Origin: an uncultured Acidobacteriota bacterium
GTDB taxonomy: Bacteria > Acidobacteriota > Vicinamibacteria > Fen-336
NCBI GenBank assembly: GCA_963720545.1
Contig: OY970399.1
Span: forward strand, 2,272,001 to 2,336,000
Reading direction: 5' to 3'
DNA: 64,000 nt
Every line of letters begins with the position of its first letter. Within the stretch, counting starts at the first letter, position 1. This document shows, one piece after another, positions 1 to 14,764 of this stretch. The position numbers and the translations under genes were made by a program. The notes under the pieces were generated by a model, which searched no databases, was not told the origin of the DNA, and worked only from the letters and a program-made list of their open reading frames with translations.

Positions 1-395
<395 letters not shown>

Positions 396-1754
396 CTAGA
401 CCGCAACCTCGATGTCGTTCTTGGTGCGCTCCTTGGCCCGGTACATGGCCTGGTCGGCCTTTTGTATCAGCCCTTCGGGCGTCAGCGCGTGATTGGGATA
501 AGAAGCGACGCCGAGGCTCGCGGTGATGGTGGCGCGCAAGCCCTGGCCGCGCAGGAATGTGTGGCTGCCGATGGCGCGCCGCATCCGCTCGGCGATCACC
601 AGTGCGCCTTCGGGGCCGGTCTCGGGCAGCACGGCGACGAACTCGTCGCCGCCGTAGCGCGCGACCGCGTCGCTGTCGCGCACCGATTCGCGGATGATCT
701 CGCCGACCTCGAGCAGCGTGCGCGACCCGGCCATGTGGCCGTACAGGTCGTTGATGCCCTTGAAGCCGTCGAGGTCGAGGAACACCAGGCTGAGCGAAGT
801 GCCGGTGCGCTTGCAGCGCTTCAGCTCGCGGCCCACGTGCAGGTTGAGGAAGCGCGAATTGAACAGCTTGGTGAGGTCGTCGGTGATGGTGAGCTCTTCC
901 GCCTTCTTGAACAGCAGCGCGTTCTCGATGGCGATGGCGCACGGCTCGACCAGGGTCATGAGCAGGTCGAGATCGCGCCGGGTGAAACCCTTGCCGCCGC
1001 TGTTCACCACCTCGACCACACCGATGGTGCGGCCGCGCGAGCGCAGCGGCGCGCACAGCACCGAGCGGCCCTTGTCGTTCACCACCGTTGCCTGGCCGCT
1101 TTGCGCCACCCAGCCGGCGACCCCTTCGCCGAGGCGCAGCGGACCATGGCCGTTGCCGGTGGCGCCCTGGCCCTGCGCGAGCTCGGCGCGCAATTCCTGG
1201 CGGGTCTCGTCGACCAGCAGTATGGTCCACGCCTCCGAGGGCACGAGCAGCTGCACGCGCGACATGATCGTTTCCATGACGCGTCCCGGCTCGAGCGTCG
1301 AATTGGCGGCCTTCACGACGTCGGTGAGGATCGACAGCCGCCGTGAGGTCTCACGAAAGCCGGCGCCTTCCGCTTTCGCTGGCCGCGGCCTGGCAGCGCG
1401 CGCGCGCGGCGCGGCCTCGACCCGCGCCTTCACTTCGCGGCTCGCGGGCTCGCCCGGGCGGGTCGTCGACAGGTGAAAGTCGAAACCGAGGTGGTTCGAG
1501 CGCTTGACCGCGGCGGCTTCGACGCGTCGCCCGAGGCTGCCGAGCGGCACGCCGTTCAGGTCGCGGCGCAGCCGTGAGACATGACGCGCGGTGACCGAAG
1601 CGCCGAGCTCGACGAGCGCCGCGTCCACCGCGGTGGTCGGCTTGCTGCGCAGGTTTTGCGGCAGGAACTCGTAGCGCACGCCGGCGGCGCTGCGCAGGTT
1701 GCGCCTGACCGCCGCTCCGCTGAAGATCGCCACGCGCACGGGACCGTGGATCAA
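396..1754 (-). CDS. Diguanylate cyclase (degenerate N-terminal domain, GAF, GGDEF)
   Basis: C-terminal part of ORF 396..2744: TDDLTKLFNSRF, DLDGFKGINDLYGH, RDSD I-site, RYGGDEF; GAF segment LGEGVAGWVAQ..LCAPLRSRGRTIGVVEVVN. Start set at in-frame TTG 1754 overlapping the upstream stop (TTGA). Confidence 0.85.
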   Translation of the reverse strand: MIHGPVRVAIFSGAAVRRNLRSAAGVRYEFLPQNLRSKPTTAVDAALVELGASVTARHVSRLRRDLNGVPLGSLGRRVEAAAVKRSNHLGFDFHLSTTRPGEPASREVKARVEAAPRARAARPRPAKAEGAGFRETSRRLSILTDVVKAANSTLEPGRVMETIMSRVQLLVPSEAWTILLVDETRQELRAELAQGQGATGNGHGPLRLGEGVAGWVAQSGQATVVNDKGRSVLCAPLRSRGRTIGVVEVVNSGGKGFTRRDLDLLMTLVEPCAIAIENALLFKKAEELTITDDLTKLFNSRFLNLHVGRELKRCKRTGTSLSLVFLDLDGFKGINDLYGHMAGSRTLLEVGEIIRESVRDSDAVARYGGDEFVAVLPETGPEGALVIAERMRRAIGSHTFLRGQGLRATITASLGVASYPNHALTPEGLIQKADQAMYRAKERTKNDIEVAV

Positions 1755-2971
1755 TTGGCGCCGGGCACGGCGCGGCGCTGCTCGGTGATGCCGCCGGCCC
1801 TGCTGACCGCGCGCACCACGATCGCCGGAGGCTGGTCCTGGTCGGCCGGCAGGTGTTCGCTGAAGGTGCCATCCGGCTGGATCTCGATGGCGTCGCCGTT
1901 CACCGTGACCCGCGAGCCGGGCTCGGTCCGACCGCGCAGCAGCAGGATGTTGCCGCGGCGCTCGAGCGTTTCGATGGCGAGCGCCGGCGGAGCCGCCGCG
2001 TCGGCGGTGCTGGCCTTGACGATGCTGAAGCTGGCGAAATCCGAGTAGCCGCCCTCGAGGCCCTGCGCCCCGACCGCGGCGACCCGCCAGAAGAACTTGC
2101 CGGCGCCGAGCGCGCGGGCGCGCGCCTCCTGCTGCTTCAGGTCCTGGCGGTCGAACAGCGGCTCGTTGAAATATGCGCTCGAATCGACCACCACGTGATA
2201 GGCCGCGGCGTCGTCCTGGCGCCGCCAGCTCAAGAGCGTCGCGGCGGCCGCGGGGTTCTCGTACGCGAGCTGCGCTGCGTCGCCCGGCGCCACCAGGCTC
2301 GGCTTCTTCGGCAGCGTCACCTTGTCGCCCGCACCGCCGGTCGCATCGACGCGCAGGCCTTCCTGGGTCTGGAGGCGGATCTTGCGGCCCTTGATGGTCT
2401 CGACGTCGGAGCTGCCGCGGAACACGCGGATGTCGCTGTCGCCCGCCTTGGCGACGCGAATCGCGGCGTTCGATTCTCCGGCGACGCGGTTGGTGGCGCC
2501 GGGCGTCGACACTTCGCTCGTGCCTTGCTGCGTCTGCACGTTCACTTCGCCGGAAGAGATGCGCCATGCCATGCGTTCGCTTTGCGACGACGGATCGACC
2601 ACCGGCCCTTCGATCGTGATGAGGCTGTCGGGTCGCACCGAAACCACCGACTTGTCGGCGAACTCGAGGTCGGCGGAGGCGCCGGCCGCGGTGCGCACCA
2701 GGTCGTTGCGGCTCAGGGACGTCTGCAGGTTCGCATCGCTCCACTCGACGCTGCCCACCGGCTTCACCTTGACGCTGCCGCTGAGGCGCGCGAATTTGGC
2801 GATCGCGACGCGCGGTGCCGTTGCGGCCGTGGTTGCCGGTGCCGGGGCGCCGCCATTACAGGCGCAAAGTGCCAGCATGAAGACGGCGGCTGGCGCGAGG
2901 ACGAGGCGAGAACCTCTTGAAGCTCCGCCTGAGGGTGCGTTCACGGGTTCCTTGCCTGCGGCTTTCACCAT
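1751..2971 (-). CDS. FecR-domain exported protein or lipoprotein with C-terminal Fn3/Ig-like domains
   Basis: Hydrophobic segment ending LALCAC; FecR-like LSRNDLVRTAAGASADLEFADKSVVSVRPDSLITI and EVSTPGA; C-terminal LRGRTEPGSRVTVNG..DGTF. Confidence 0.7.
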   Translation of the reverse strand: MVKAAGKEPVNAPSGGASRGSRLVLAPAAVFMLALCACNGGAPAPATTAATAPRVAIAKFARLSGSVKVKPVGSVEWSDANLQTSLSRNDLVRTAAGASADLEFADKSVVSVRPDSLITIEGPVVDPSSQSERMAWRISSGEVNVQTQQGTSEVSTPGATNRVAGESNAAIRVAKAGDSDIRVFRGSSDVETIKGRKIRLQTQEGLRVDATGGAGDKVTLPKKPSLVAPGDAAQLAYENPAAAATLLSWRRQDDAAAYHVVVDSSAYFNEPLFDRQDLKQQEARARALGAGKFFWRVAAVGAQGLEGGYSDFASFSIVKASTADAAAPPALAIETLERRGNILLLRGRTEPGSRVTVNGDAIEIQPDGTFSEHLPADQDQPPAIVVRAVSRAGGITEQRRAVPGAN

Positions 2972-3014
2972 TGAGCTAAAGCCAGCTTCCTCCGAGAGTT
3001 AGGCTGACCGCGGG

Positions 3015-3063
3015 ATTATAGCGGTTCGCTGGTTTGCTTGAAAGTGAGCCGCGACGCTATCAT
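3015..3063. promoter_or_regulatory. Overlapping divergent sigma70-type promoters
   Basis: Minus strand TTTCAA(3043-3038)-17 nt-TATAAT(3020-3015); plus strand TTGCTT(3034-3039)-18 nt-TATCAT(3058-3063). Confidence 0.5.
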
Positions 3064-3125
3064 TTCCAGCTCCGAGCAAAGCCGCAAACGACACCGTCCT
3101 GGGACTGGAAAACCGATAAACCGCA

Positions 3126-5066
3126 ATGGCTCTAGAGTTTCTACGCCGGCACCACCAGCGAAAGTCGCTGTTCCTCACGATCCCGCTAATCATCATCGTG
3201 CTGAGCTTCGTGGCGTTGTACTTCCCGTCACTCCAGGGCGCGGCCACAGGCAGCCGCAGCCAGGAGGTGGGCCGGGTCGGCAGCCTGCCCATCACCCTGG
3301 GCGAGTTCCAGTCGGCCTACAGCAATCGCCGGCGTTTCTACGAACAGGCCTACCGCGGCCAGGTGGACGAGCGGATGCTGCGCGCCATGGGCCTCGAGAA
3401 CCAGGTGTTCGAGGGGCTCGTGAGCCAGAAGCTGCTCGAGCTCGAAGCGCAGCGGCTCGGGATCGTGGTGGACGACGCGGCGGTTGCGCAGGCAATCGCG
3501 GAAGACCCGAACCTGCAGCGCGACGGCAAGTTCGTCGGCCGCGAAGAACTGCTGCGGCTGCTGGCCCTGCAAGGCGTTACGCCCGACGACTTCACCGAGC
3601 AGCAGCGCCAGCGCCTGGTGATCGAGCGGCTGCGGGCGATCGTCGCCGCGGGTGCCAGCGTCTCGCCCGCCGAAGCCGAGGATGAATACCGCCGGCGCAA
3701 CGAGCAGCTGAAGGCCGAATACGTGCAGGTGTCGGCGGAGCCGTTCCGCGCCGCGGCGAGCGTCAGCGACGACGAGGTGCGCCAGCGGTTCGCAGCGAAG
3801 CAAGACCACTACGCGATTCCGGAAAAGCGCGTGGTCGCGGCGCTCTTGATCGATCCGTCCGCGCTGCGCGCGGGCATCACGGTGCCCGACACCGAGACGA
3901 ACCGCTACTACGAGGAGCATCGCAGCGAGTTCATCGAGCCCGAACAGGCGTGCGCCAGCCACATCCTGGTGCGCGTCAAGTCGGGCGACGGCGATGCCGA
4001 GGGCCATGCCGACGCCGACGCGAGGAAGATCGCCGACGACCTGCTCGCGAAGGCGAAGGCGGGCGGCGATTTCGCGGCGCTCGCCAAGAAGTCGTCGGAA
4101 GACAAGGGCTCGGCGACGAACGGCGGCGATCTCGGCTGCTTTCCCGCCGGCCGCATGCTGCCCGAATTCGACACCGCCGCGTTCGGCCTGGCCTCCGGCC
4201 AGCTTTCCGATGTGGTGAAGACGTCCTACGGCTACCACATCATCAGGATGAACGAGCGCAAGGCCGAAAGCGTGCCGGCGATGAGCGCGGTGAAGGAGCA
4301 GATCGCGGCGCGCCTCGTCGGCGAGCGTGCCGCCGCTCTCGCCGACGAGAAGCAGCAGACGGTCCAGGAGACGCTCGCGAAGGGCCGCACGCTCGAAGAG
4401 GCGGCCCGCGCGGCGGGGCTCACGGTGACGAAGAGCGCACCGTTTGCCCGCGGCGATGCGCCGGCGCCGCCGCTCGCTTCCAAGGAGCTTGCCGTCGCGG
4501 CGTTCGCGCTCAAACCAGGAGCCACCGACAAGCAGGCATTCCACGTCGGCCCGGCCACGGCGTTCATTGCGCTCAGCGAAGTGCAGCCGGCGCGGCCGGC
4601 GCAGCTCGAAGAGGTCAAGGCGCAGGTGCGCGCCGACCTGGTCGAGGAACAGGCGTTCGCCGCGGCCGAAGCCCGCGCCCGCGAGCTGCGCGGCAAGGCC
4701 GCCGCCGGGCCGCTCGACAAGGCGGCCGGGTCGCTTGGCCTGGTGCGCAAGGAGACCCTCGAGCTCGTGGCGCGCTCCCAGCCGCTCGGCGACCTCGGCA
4801 GCGGCGCCGGGCTCGAGCGCGCCGTGTTCGCGCTGCCGGCGGGCACCCTCTCCGACCCGATCCGCACCAGCGCCGGCTATGCCCTGGTGCGGGTCACCGA
4901 GAAAAAGGCCTTCGACCCGGCGGCGTTTGCCAGGGAACAGGCTGCGCTCGTCGCGCAGCTCACCGAGGAGAAGCGCGCCAACCTGTTCGATGCGTTCCTG
5001 CGCGCCGCCCGCGACCGCTACGTCGTCGAGCAGCGACCCGAACTCGTGCGGCGCTCCGTTGGTTGA
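3126..5066 (+). CDS. ppiD: PpiD-like membrane-anchored parvulin peptidyl-prolyl isomerase/chaperone
   Basis: N-terminal TM helix, SurA-N-like region, parvulin motifs ASHILV, DFAALAKKSSED, GGDLG, VKTSYGYHII; 646 aa. Confidence 0.85.
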   Translation: MALEFLRRHHQRKSLFLTIPLIIIVLSFVALYFPSLQGAATGSRSQEVGRVGSLPITLGEFQSAYSNRRRFYEQAYRGQVDERMLRAMGLENQVFEGLVSQKLLELEAQRLGIVVDDAAVAQAIAEDPNLQRDGKFVGREELLRLLALQGVTPDDFTEQQRQRLVIERLRAIVAAGASVSPAEAEDEYRRRNEQLKAEYVQVSAEPFRAAASVSDDEVRQRFAAKQDHYAIPEKRVVAALLIDPSALRAGITVPDTETNRYYEEHRSEFIEPEQACASHILVRVKSGDGDAEGHADADARKIADDLLAKAKAGGDFAALAKKSSEDKGSATNGGDLGCFPAGRMLPEFDTAAFGLASGQLSDVVKTSYGYHIIRMNERKAESVPAMSAVKEQIAARLVGERAAALADEKQQTVQETLAKGRTLEEAARAAGLTVTKSAPFARGDAPAPPLASKELAVAAFALKPGATDKQAFHVGPATAFIALSEVQPARPAQLEEVKAQVRADLVEEQAFAAAEARARELRGKAAAGPLDKAAGSLGLVRKETLELVARSQPLGDLGSGAGLERAVFALPAGTLSDPIRTSAGYALVRVTEKKAFDPAAFAREQAALVAQLTEEKRANLFDAFLRAARDRYVVEQRPELVRRSVG

Positions 5067-5415
5067 GACCGGGCCCTTCCACGTCGCCGTCCGCAAGGCG
5101 GAGACGGTCGTCATCCTCGACCTCTCCGGCAAGCTCGCCGCCGGCTTCGGCGACGACTTGCTGCGCGACACGCTTGGCGAGCTCTTCTCCGAGGGCTGGA
5201 AGAAGGTGCTCGTGAACCTCACCAAGGTGCCGTTCATCGACAGCGCCGGACTCGGCGAGCTGGTGGCGGCGCTGCGGCGCGCGCAGCGCGAGGGCGCTCG
5301 GTTGAAGCTCCTCAACAAGGCCGGCCGCGTCCAGGAGACGCTCTACGTGTCGCGGCTGCTGCCGCTCTTCGAGGTGTTCGAGACCGAAGACGCGGCGCTC
5401 GCCTCGTTCAACTAG
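5059..5415 (+). CDS. STAS-domain anti-sigma factor antagonist
   Basis: End of ORF 4444..5415: VILDLSGKL...VNLTKVPFIDSAGLGELV...FEVFETEDAALASF; in-frame TTG at 5059. Confidence 0.85.
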   Translation: MVETGPFHVAVRKAETVVILDLSGKLAAGFGDDLLRDTLGELFSEGWKKVLVNLTKVPFIDSAGLGELVAALRRAQREGARLKLLNKAGRVQETLYVSRLLPLFEVFETEDAALASFN

Positions 5416-6290
5416 CGGTCGCGCGCGACTACATAGCAGGAAAGGTCGCGCAGTGGCTGCGCCCGCGGCCCCAGGCCCTCGAGCGCAGCGCGCGCCGTCT
5501 GCGCCAGGTCTTCCGCCAGAGTGCGCGCCCCCGCTTCGCCCGCGAACGAGACGAACGTCGTCTTCTTCGTGTCCTGGCCCGTCTCCTTCCCGGTCACCGC
5601 CGCGTCGCCGCCCACGTCGAGCAGGTCGTCTATCACCTGGAAGGCGAGCCCCAGGTTCTTCGCGTAGGCCGCGACCGCAAGCACCTCGCCTTCGCTCGCG
5701 CGCAGCGTGCCGAGGAGTGCCGAGCAGGTGAAGAGCGCACCGGTCTTGCGGCTGTGGATGAACTCGAGGGTCTGGAAGTCGACCGTGGCGCCGGTGGCGG
5801 CGAGGTCGCGCGACTGGCCGGCGATCATGCCGCTCATGCCGATGGCGCGCGCGAGCGCGGCGGCGAACCCTGAGCGGGTTGCCGCATCGGGCGCGCCCGG
5901 CCAGCCGAGCGCCAGGATCTCGAAGGCGCGATTCTGCAGCGCGAAGGCGGCGAGGATGGCGGTCGCCTCGCCGTGCGCGACGTGGCAGGCCGGACGGCCG
6001 CGCCGCAGCGCTGCGTTGTCCATGCTCGGCAGGTCGTCGAGGATGAGGCTGGCGGTGTGCACCATTTCGACGGCGCATGCTGCGGGCAGGATCGAGGCGG
6101 GATCGGTGCGGAAGATCTCCGCGACCAGCAGAGAGAGCACCGGCCGCAGCCTCTTGCCGGGCGCCATCAGGCTGTCGCGCGCGGCGCGCGCCACCTGCTC
6201 GGCCTCGCCTTGCGAAAAAAGTTGCAGCAGCGCCGCGTCGACGCGCCGGCGCTTTTCGTCGAGCGCCGTTGCCAGCGGTTTGAAGTCCAT
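5412..6290 (-). CDS. ispA: Short-chain polyprenyl diphosphate synthase (IspA/CrtE-like)
   Basis: GKRLRP, HTASLILDDLPSMD, RRG, KTGALF, GLAFQVIDDLLD; start at MDFKPL (6290). Confidence 0.88.
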   Translation of the reverse strand: MDFKPLATALDEKRRRVDAALLQLFSQGEAEQVARAARDSLMAPGKRLRPVLSLLVAEIFRTDPASILPAACAVEMVHTASLILDDLPSMDNAALRRGRPACHVAHGEATAILAAFALQNRAFEILALGWPGAPDAATRSGFAAALARAIGMSGMIAGQSRDLAATGATVDFQTLEFIHSRKTGALFTCSALLGTLRASEGEVLAVAAYAKNLGLAFQVIDDLLDVGGDAAVTGKETGQDTKKTTFVSFAGEAGARTLAEDLAQTARAALEGLGPRAQPLRDLSCYVVARDR

Positions 6291-6379
6291 TCTGCGTCGA
6301 TGATACGCCGCCAGTGCTTCCGGTCGGTTCCATGCCGCGATGTACAATCGCCGCTTCGAGGAAGGCTGAAGAGAGCGAA

Positions 6380-7411
6380 GTGGACTACAAGCAAGCCGGC
6401 GTCGACCTGGGCGCCGCCGAGGAAGCGAAGTCGCGCATCAAGCGGCTGGCGCGCGCCACCTTCAACCCGGCGGTGCTGTCGTCGATCGGTTCCTTCGGCT
6501 CGCTGTTCGCCTTCGACAAGGACGCCTACGACGAGCCGCTGCTGGTCGCGTCCACCGACGGCGTCGGCACCAAGATCCAGATCGCGCGGCTCATGAACCG
6601 CCACGACACCGTCGGCTACGACCTCGTCGCGCACTGCGTCGACGACATCCTGGTGCAGGGGGCGCGGCCGCTGTTCTTCCTCGACTACATCGCCCTCGGA
6701 CGGATGGACCCGGACGTGGTCGCGGAGATCGTCTCGGGGTTCGCGCGCGGCTGCGGCGAATTTTCCTGTCCGCTGGTCGGCGGCGAGACGGCGGAGATGC
6801 CGGGCACCTACGCACCCGGCGACTACGACCTCGCCGGCTTCATCGTCGGTGTGGTGGAGCGCCGCATGGCGCTGACCGGTGCCGCGATCCGCAAGGGCGA
6901 CGCGCTCATCGCCCTGCCGTCCGCTGGCCTGCACACGAACGGCTACTCGCTGGCGCGCAAGGTGCTGTTCGAGCACCGCGGCCTCACCGTGGACTCGCCG
7001 CTGCCTGGCGATGCCGCGGCGGCCGGCAGCACCATCGGCGGCGCGCTGCTGGCCCCGCACCTCTCCTACCTCGATGCGCTGTGGCCGCTGCTTCAGGAAG
7101 GGCGCATCGCAGCGCTGTGCCACATCACCGGCGGCGGCTTCCAGGGCAACATCCCGCGCGTCCTGCCCGACGGCCTCGGCGCCACCATCCGCCGCGGCAG
7201 CTGGCCGGTGCTGCCGATCTTCACCGCCATCCAGGCGGGCGGCGCGGTGGCGGACGACGAGATGTTCCGCACCTTCAACATGGGCGTGGGCATGATCGCC
7301 TTCGTCTCGGAGGAGCAGCGCGGCGCGGTCGAGGCGTCGCTGCGCGCACGCGGCCATGCGTTCCACCTCATCGGCGAGGCCGTGCCCGGCGCGGGCGTCT
7401 CGTTCGTGTGA
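6380..7411 (+). CDS. purM: Phosphoribosylformylglycinamidine cyclo-ligase
   Basis: DYKQAGVD, STDGVGTK, PLFFLDY, GGETAEMPG, GLHTNGYSL, HITGGG, EMFRTFNMGVGM; GTG start 6380. Confidence 0.95.
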   Translation: MDYKQAGVDLGAAEEAKSRIKRLARATFNPAVLSSIGSFGSLFAFDKDAYDEPLLVASTDGVGTKIQIARLMNRHDTVGYDLVAHCVDDILVQGARPLFFLDYIALGRMDPDVVAEIVSGFARGCGEFSCPLVGGETAEMPGTYAPGDYDLAGFIVGVVERRMALTGAAIRKGDALIALPSAGLHTNGYSLARKVLFEHRGLTVDSPLPGDAAAAGSTIGGALLAPHLSYLDALWPLLQEGRIAALCHITGGGFQGNIPRVLPDGLGATIRRGSWPVLPIFTAIQAGGAVADDEMFRTFNMGVGMIAFVSEEQRGAVEASLRARGHAFHLIGEAVPGAGVSFV

Positions 7412-8019
7412 GCGGCCGGATCGGCGTCCTCATCAGCGGGCGCGGCTCGAACCTGCAGGCGCTGATCGACGCGCAGCATGCCGGCCGCCTGGGGGGCGAG
7501 ATCGCGCTGGTCGTTGCGAACGTCGCGACCGCGCAAGGCTTGCAGCGCGCCGCAACCGCCGCGATCCCGGCCTTTTTTCGCGGCCACCAGGGCCTCGCGC
7601 GCGAGGCCTATGACGCAGGCTTGCTGTCGCTCCTGCGCGAGCATGGCATCGATCTCGTGTGCCTGGCCGGCTACATGCGCCTGCTGTCGCCGCCGTTCGT
7701 GCGCGCGTTCCCTGGCGGCATCCTGAACGTCCACCCGTCGCTGCTGCCCGCCTTTCCCGGCCTCGCGGCGCAGCGCCAGGCGCTCGACTACGGCGCGCGC
7801 ATCACCGGCGCCACCGTGCACTTCGTCGACGAAGGGCTCGACTCGGGGCCGATCGTCCTGCAGGAAGCGGTGGCGATCGAAGAGGGCGATACCGAAGCGA
7901 GCCTCGCGGCGCGCATCCTCGCGGTGGAACACCGCCTCTACCCCGCCGCCGTGCGACTGGTGCTCGGCGGCGGCCTGCGCCGCGACGGCCGGCGCGTGCT
8001 GCTGAAGGAGAACGAATGA
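7408..8019 (+). CDS. purN: Phosphoribosylglycinamide formyltransferase
   Basis: [54 protein letters not shown] overlap with purM. Confidence 0.95.
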   Translation: MSGRIGVLISGRGSNLQALIDAQHAGRLGGEIALVVANVATAQGLQRAATAAIPAFFRGHQGLAREAYDAGLLSLLREHGIDLVCLAGYMRLLSPPFVRAFPGGILNVHPSLLPAFPGLAAQRQALDYGARITGATVHFVDEGLDSGPIVLQEAVAIEEGDTEASLAARILAVEHRLYPAAVRLVLGGGLRRDGRRVLLKENE

Positions 8020-9206
8020 GCGCGAAGCAGGAAGACGACCTTGCCTTTCTCACCAAGGGCTGCGTCGACGTGGTGACCGCCGAAGGACTGAAGGCGAAGC
8101 TGCTGCGCGACAAGCCGGTGACCGTCAAGGTCGGCTTCGATCCCACGGCACCCGACATCCACCTCGGCCACACGGTGCTGATGCGCAAGATGAAGCACTT
8201 CCAGGATCTCGGCCACCGCGTGGTGTTCGTGATCGGCGACTTCACCGCCATGATCGGCGACCCCACCGGCAAGTCGAAGACGCGGCCGCCCCTCAGCCGC
8301 GGCGAGATCCTGGCGAACGCCGAGACGTACCAGACGCAGGCTTTCAAGGTGCTCGATCCCGACCGCACCGAAGTGCGCTTCAACAGCGAATGGCTGGGCG
8401 CGCTCGGCGCCGAGGGGCTCATCCGCCTCGCGGCACGCTACAACGTGGCGCGCATGCTCGAGCGCCGCGACTTCCGCCAGCGCTACGATGCCGGCCAGCC
8501 GATCTCGGTGCACGAGTTCCTCTATCCGCTGGCGCAGGCGTACGACTCGGTGGCGCTCGCGGCCGACGTGGAACTGGGCGGCACCGACCAGCTCTTCAAC
8601 CTGAATGTCGGCCGCGACATCATGCCGTCCTACGACCTCGAGCCGCAGGTGGTGATGACGACGCCGCTCCTCGAGGGCACCGACGGCGTCGAGAAGATGT
8701 CGAAGAGCCTCGGCAACTATGTCGGCGTGACCGATGCGCCCGACACGATGTTCGGCAAGCTGATGGGGATCTCCGACGCGCTCATGTGGCGCTACTACCT
8801 GCTGCTCACCGACTTCACCGCGGAGCAGATCGCGCAGAAGCAGGAGCTGGGCGATCCGATGGCGTCGAAGTTCGCACTCGCGCGCCGCATCGTCGCGGAC
8901 TTTCACGGCGAGAAGTCCGCCGAAGATGCCGAGGACGAGTGGCGGCGCGTGCACCAGGCGCGCCAGGCGCCGCAGGACATGCCGCTCCTGCGGCTGAGCG
9001 CCGGCGCGCACCGCGCCGCGGACGTATTGGTCGCGGCCGGTCTCGCCCCTTCGAAGAGCGAAGCGGTGCGGCTGGTGCGCGCCGGCGCCGTCAAGCTCGA
9101 CGGACGCGCGCTTGGCGCGAGCGAATCGCTCGAGATCGCCGCGGGCAGGGAGCTGGTGCTGTCGGTTGGCGCGCGCCGTTACGTGCGCGTCACGGCAGAG
9201 GTTTGA
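8016..9206 (+). CDS. tyrS: Tyrosine--tRNA ligase
   Basis: [29 protein letters not shown]-terminal S4-like domain; ATGA overlap with purN. Confidence 0.95.
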   Translation: MSAKQEDDLAFLTKGCVDVVTAEGLKAKLLRDKPVTVKVGFDPTAPDIHLGHTVLMRKMKHFQDLGHRVVFVIGDFTAMIGDPTGKSKTRPPLSRGEILANAETYQTQAFKVLDPDRTEVRFNSEWLGALGAEGLIRLAARYNVARMLERRDFRQRYDAGQPISVHEFLYPLAQAYDSVALAADVELGGTDQLFNLNVGRDIMPSYDLEPQVVMTTPLLEGTDGVEKMSKSLGNYVGVTDAPDTMFGKLMGISDALMWRYYLLLTDFTAEQIAQKQELGDPMASKFALARRIVADFHGEKSAEDAEDEWRRVHQARQAPQDMPLLRLSAGAHRAADVLVAAGLAPSKSEAVRLVRAGAVKLDGRALGASESLEIAAGRELVLSVGARRYVRVTAEV

Positions 9207-9231
9207 CGGCCGGGAGCAACGCCCGTATACT
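9203..9231 (+). promoter_or_regulatory. rRNA operon promoter P1
   Basis: TTGACG(9203-9208)-17 nt-TATACT(9226-9231). Confidence 0.75.
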
Positions 9232-9342
9232 CTTCTTTCTTCGTTAGAGGCATACCAAACGGTTTGGAAGTCGTCGGCCTTGACTGGCCGGTGCACCCCG
9301 CCTGAAGGACCACTAAAGAAGTTCACCGGACCCGGAAATTCG

Positions 9343-9371
9343 TTGACAGGTTACGGCCTGAAAATGATATT
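9343..9371 (+). promoter_or_regulatory. rRNA operon promoter P2
   Basis: TTGACA(9343-9348)-17 nt-GATATT(9366-9371). Confidence 0.6.
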
Positions 9372-9397
9372 CTGGTCGGGTTCCCCGGAAAACGGGT

Positions 9398-9420
9398 GGC
9401 TCTTTGAAAACTGGATAGCG
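9398..9420 (+). promoter_or_regulatory. boxA antiterminator and 5' arm of the 16S processing stem
   Basis: GGCTCTTTGAAAACTGGATAGCG is complementary (one G-U pair) to CGCTATCCAGTTTTCAGAGAGCC at 11125-11147. Confidence 0.75.
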
Positions 9421-9526
9421 TGTGAATTCTGACGCGAGTTTTAGTCTTAAGGACCAATTATCAAACCAGTTCACGGACCCCGGCGAAGTCGTTCTAAACA
9501 AATAGCTTCCTCGACGGTCCAAAATT

Positions 9527-11084
<1,558 letters not shown>

Positions 11085-11251
11085 GGAGTTCTTTAGATCT
11101 GGACTCGCCTGTCAAACAAGCACCCGCTATCCAGTTTTCAGAGAGCCGTTTTCGCCAGGGTTTAGGCCCTGGCGATCGCTCTTTCTGAACGCGAATACCT
11201 CAAGGAAGCAGAACTCCGCGCTCCGCGGTGCGGTGCGTTTGATCGATCAAC

Positions 11252-11329
<78 letters not shown>

Positions 11330-11344
11330 ACCAAAGAAGCCCGG

Positions 11345-11420
11345 GGGGCTGTAGCTCAACTGGGAGAGCGCCGCGTTTGCAACGCGGAGGTCGCCGGTTC
11401 GATCCCGGCCAGCTCCACCA
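11345..11420 (+). tRNA. tRNA-Ala(TGC)
   Basis: GGGGCTG/CAGCTCC acceptor stem with G3-U70, anticodon loop TTTGCAA, GGTTCGATCCC, encoded CCA. Confidence 0.97.
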
Positions 11421-11645
11421 ACCAGGGAGCCTGCTGAAACGAGGTGGCCGCTACGACCAGGGATGGTTCGTCCCGAAAGGGGACGAACGATTCGTGGCCA
11501 TAGCGGCTGCGGCGGGCGAAACGGCCCGCGGCTCATTGACAACCGAAGAATCGAATCGAATAGTTGTTGAAGGCATTGAATAAGTGAATCTCACATAGCA
11601 CAAAGCATGTAAGCGCATAACGTTTTCAAGCAGTGTAAACGTTAT

Positions 11646-14665
<3,020 letters not shown>

Positions 14666-14764
14666 TAACGTTTACAGTGCTTGAGACGCTTCGTTCTTGC
14701 CGGCAACGGCCATGCGGTTCGATTCTTCGGTTGGTCCGCACTTACGTCTCTTTGACAAGCTTCA

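Noticed and set aside
11421..11545. Structured spacer with CTGCTGA and GAAAC, superficially like a hammerhead ribozyme
   Set aside because: The core does not match CUGANGA. The helices fit ordinary spacer structure plus a boxB hairpin before boxA.
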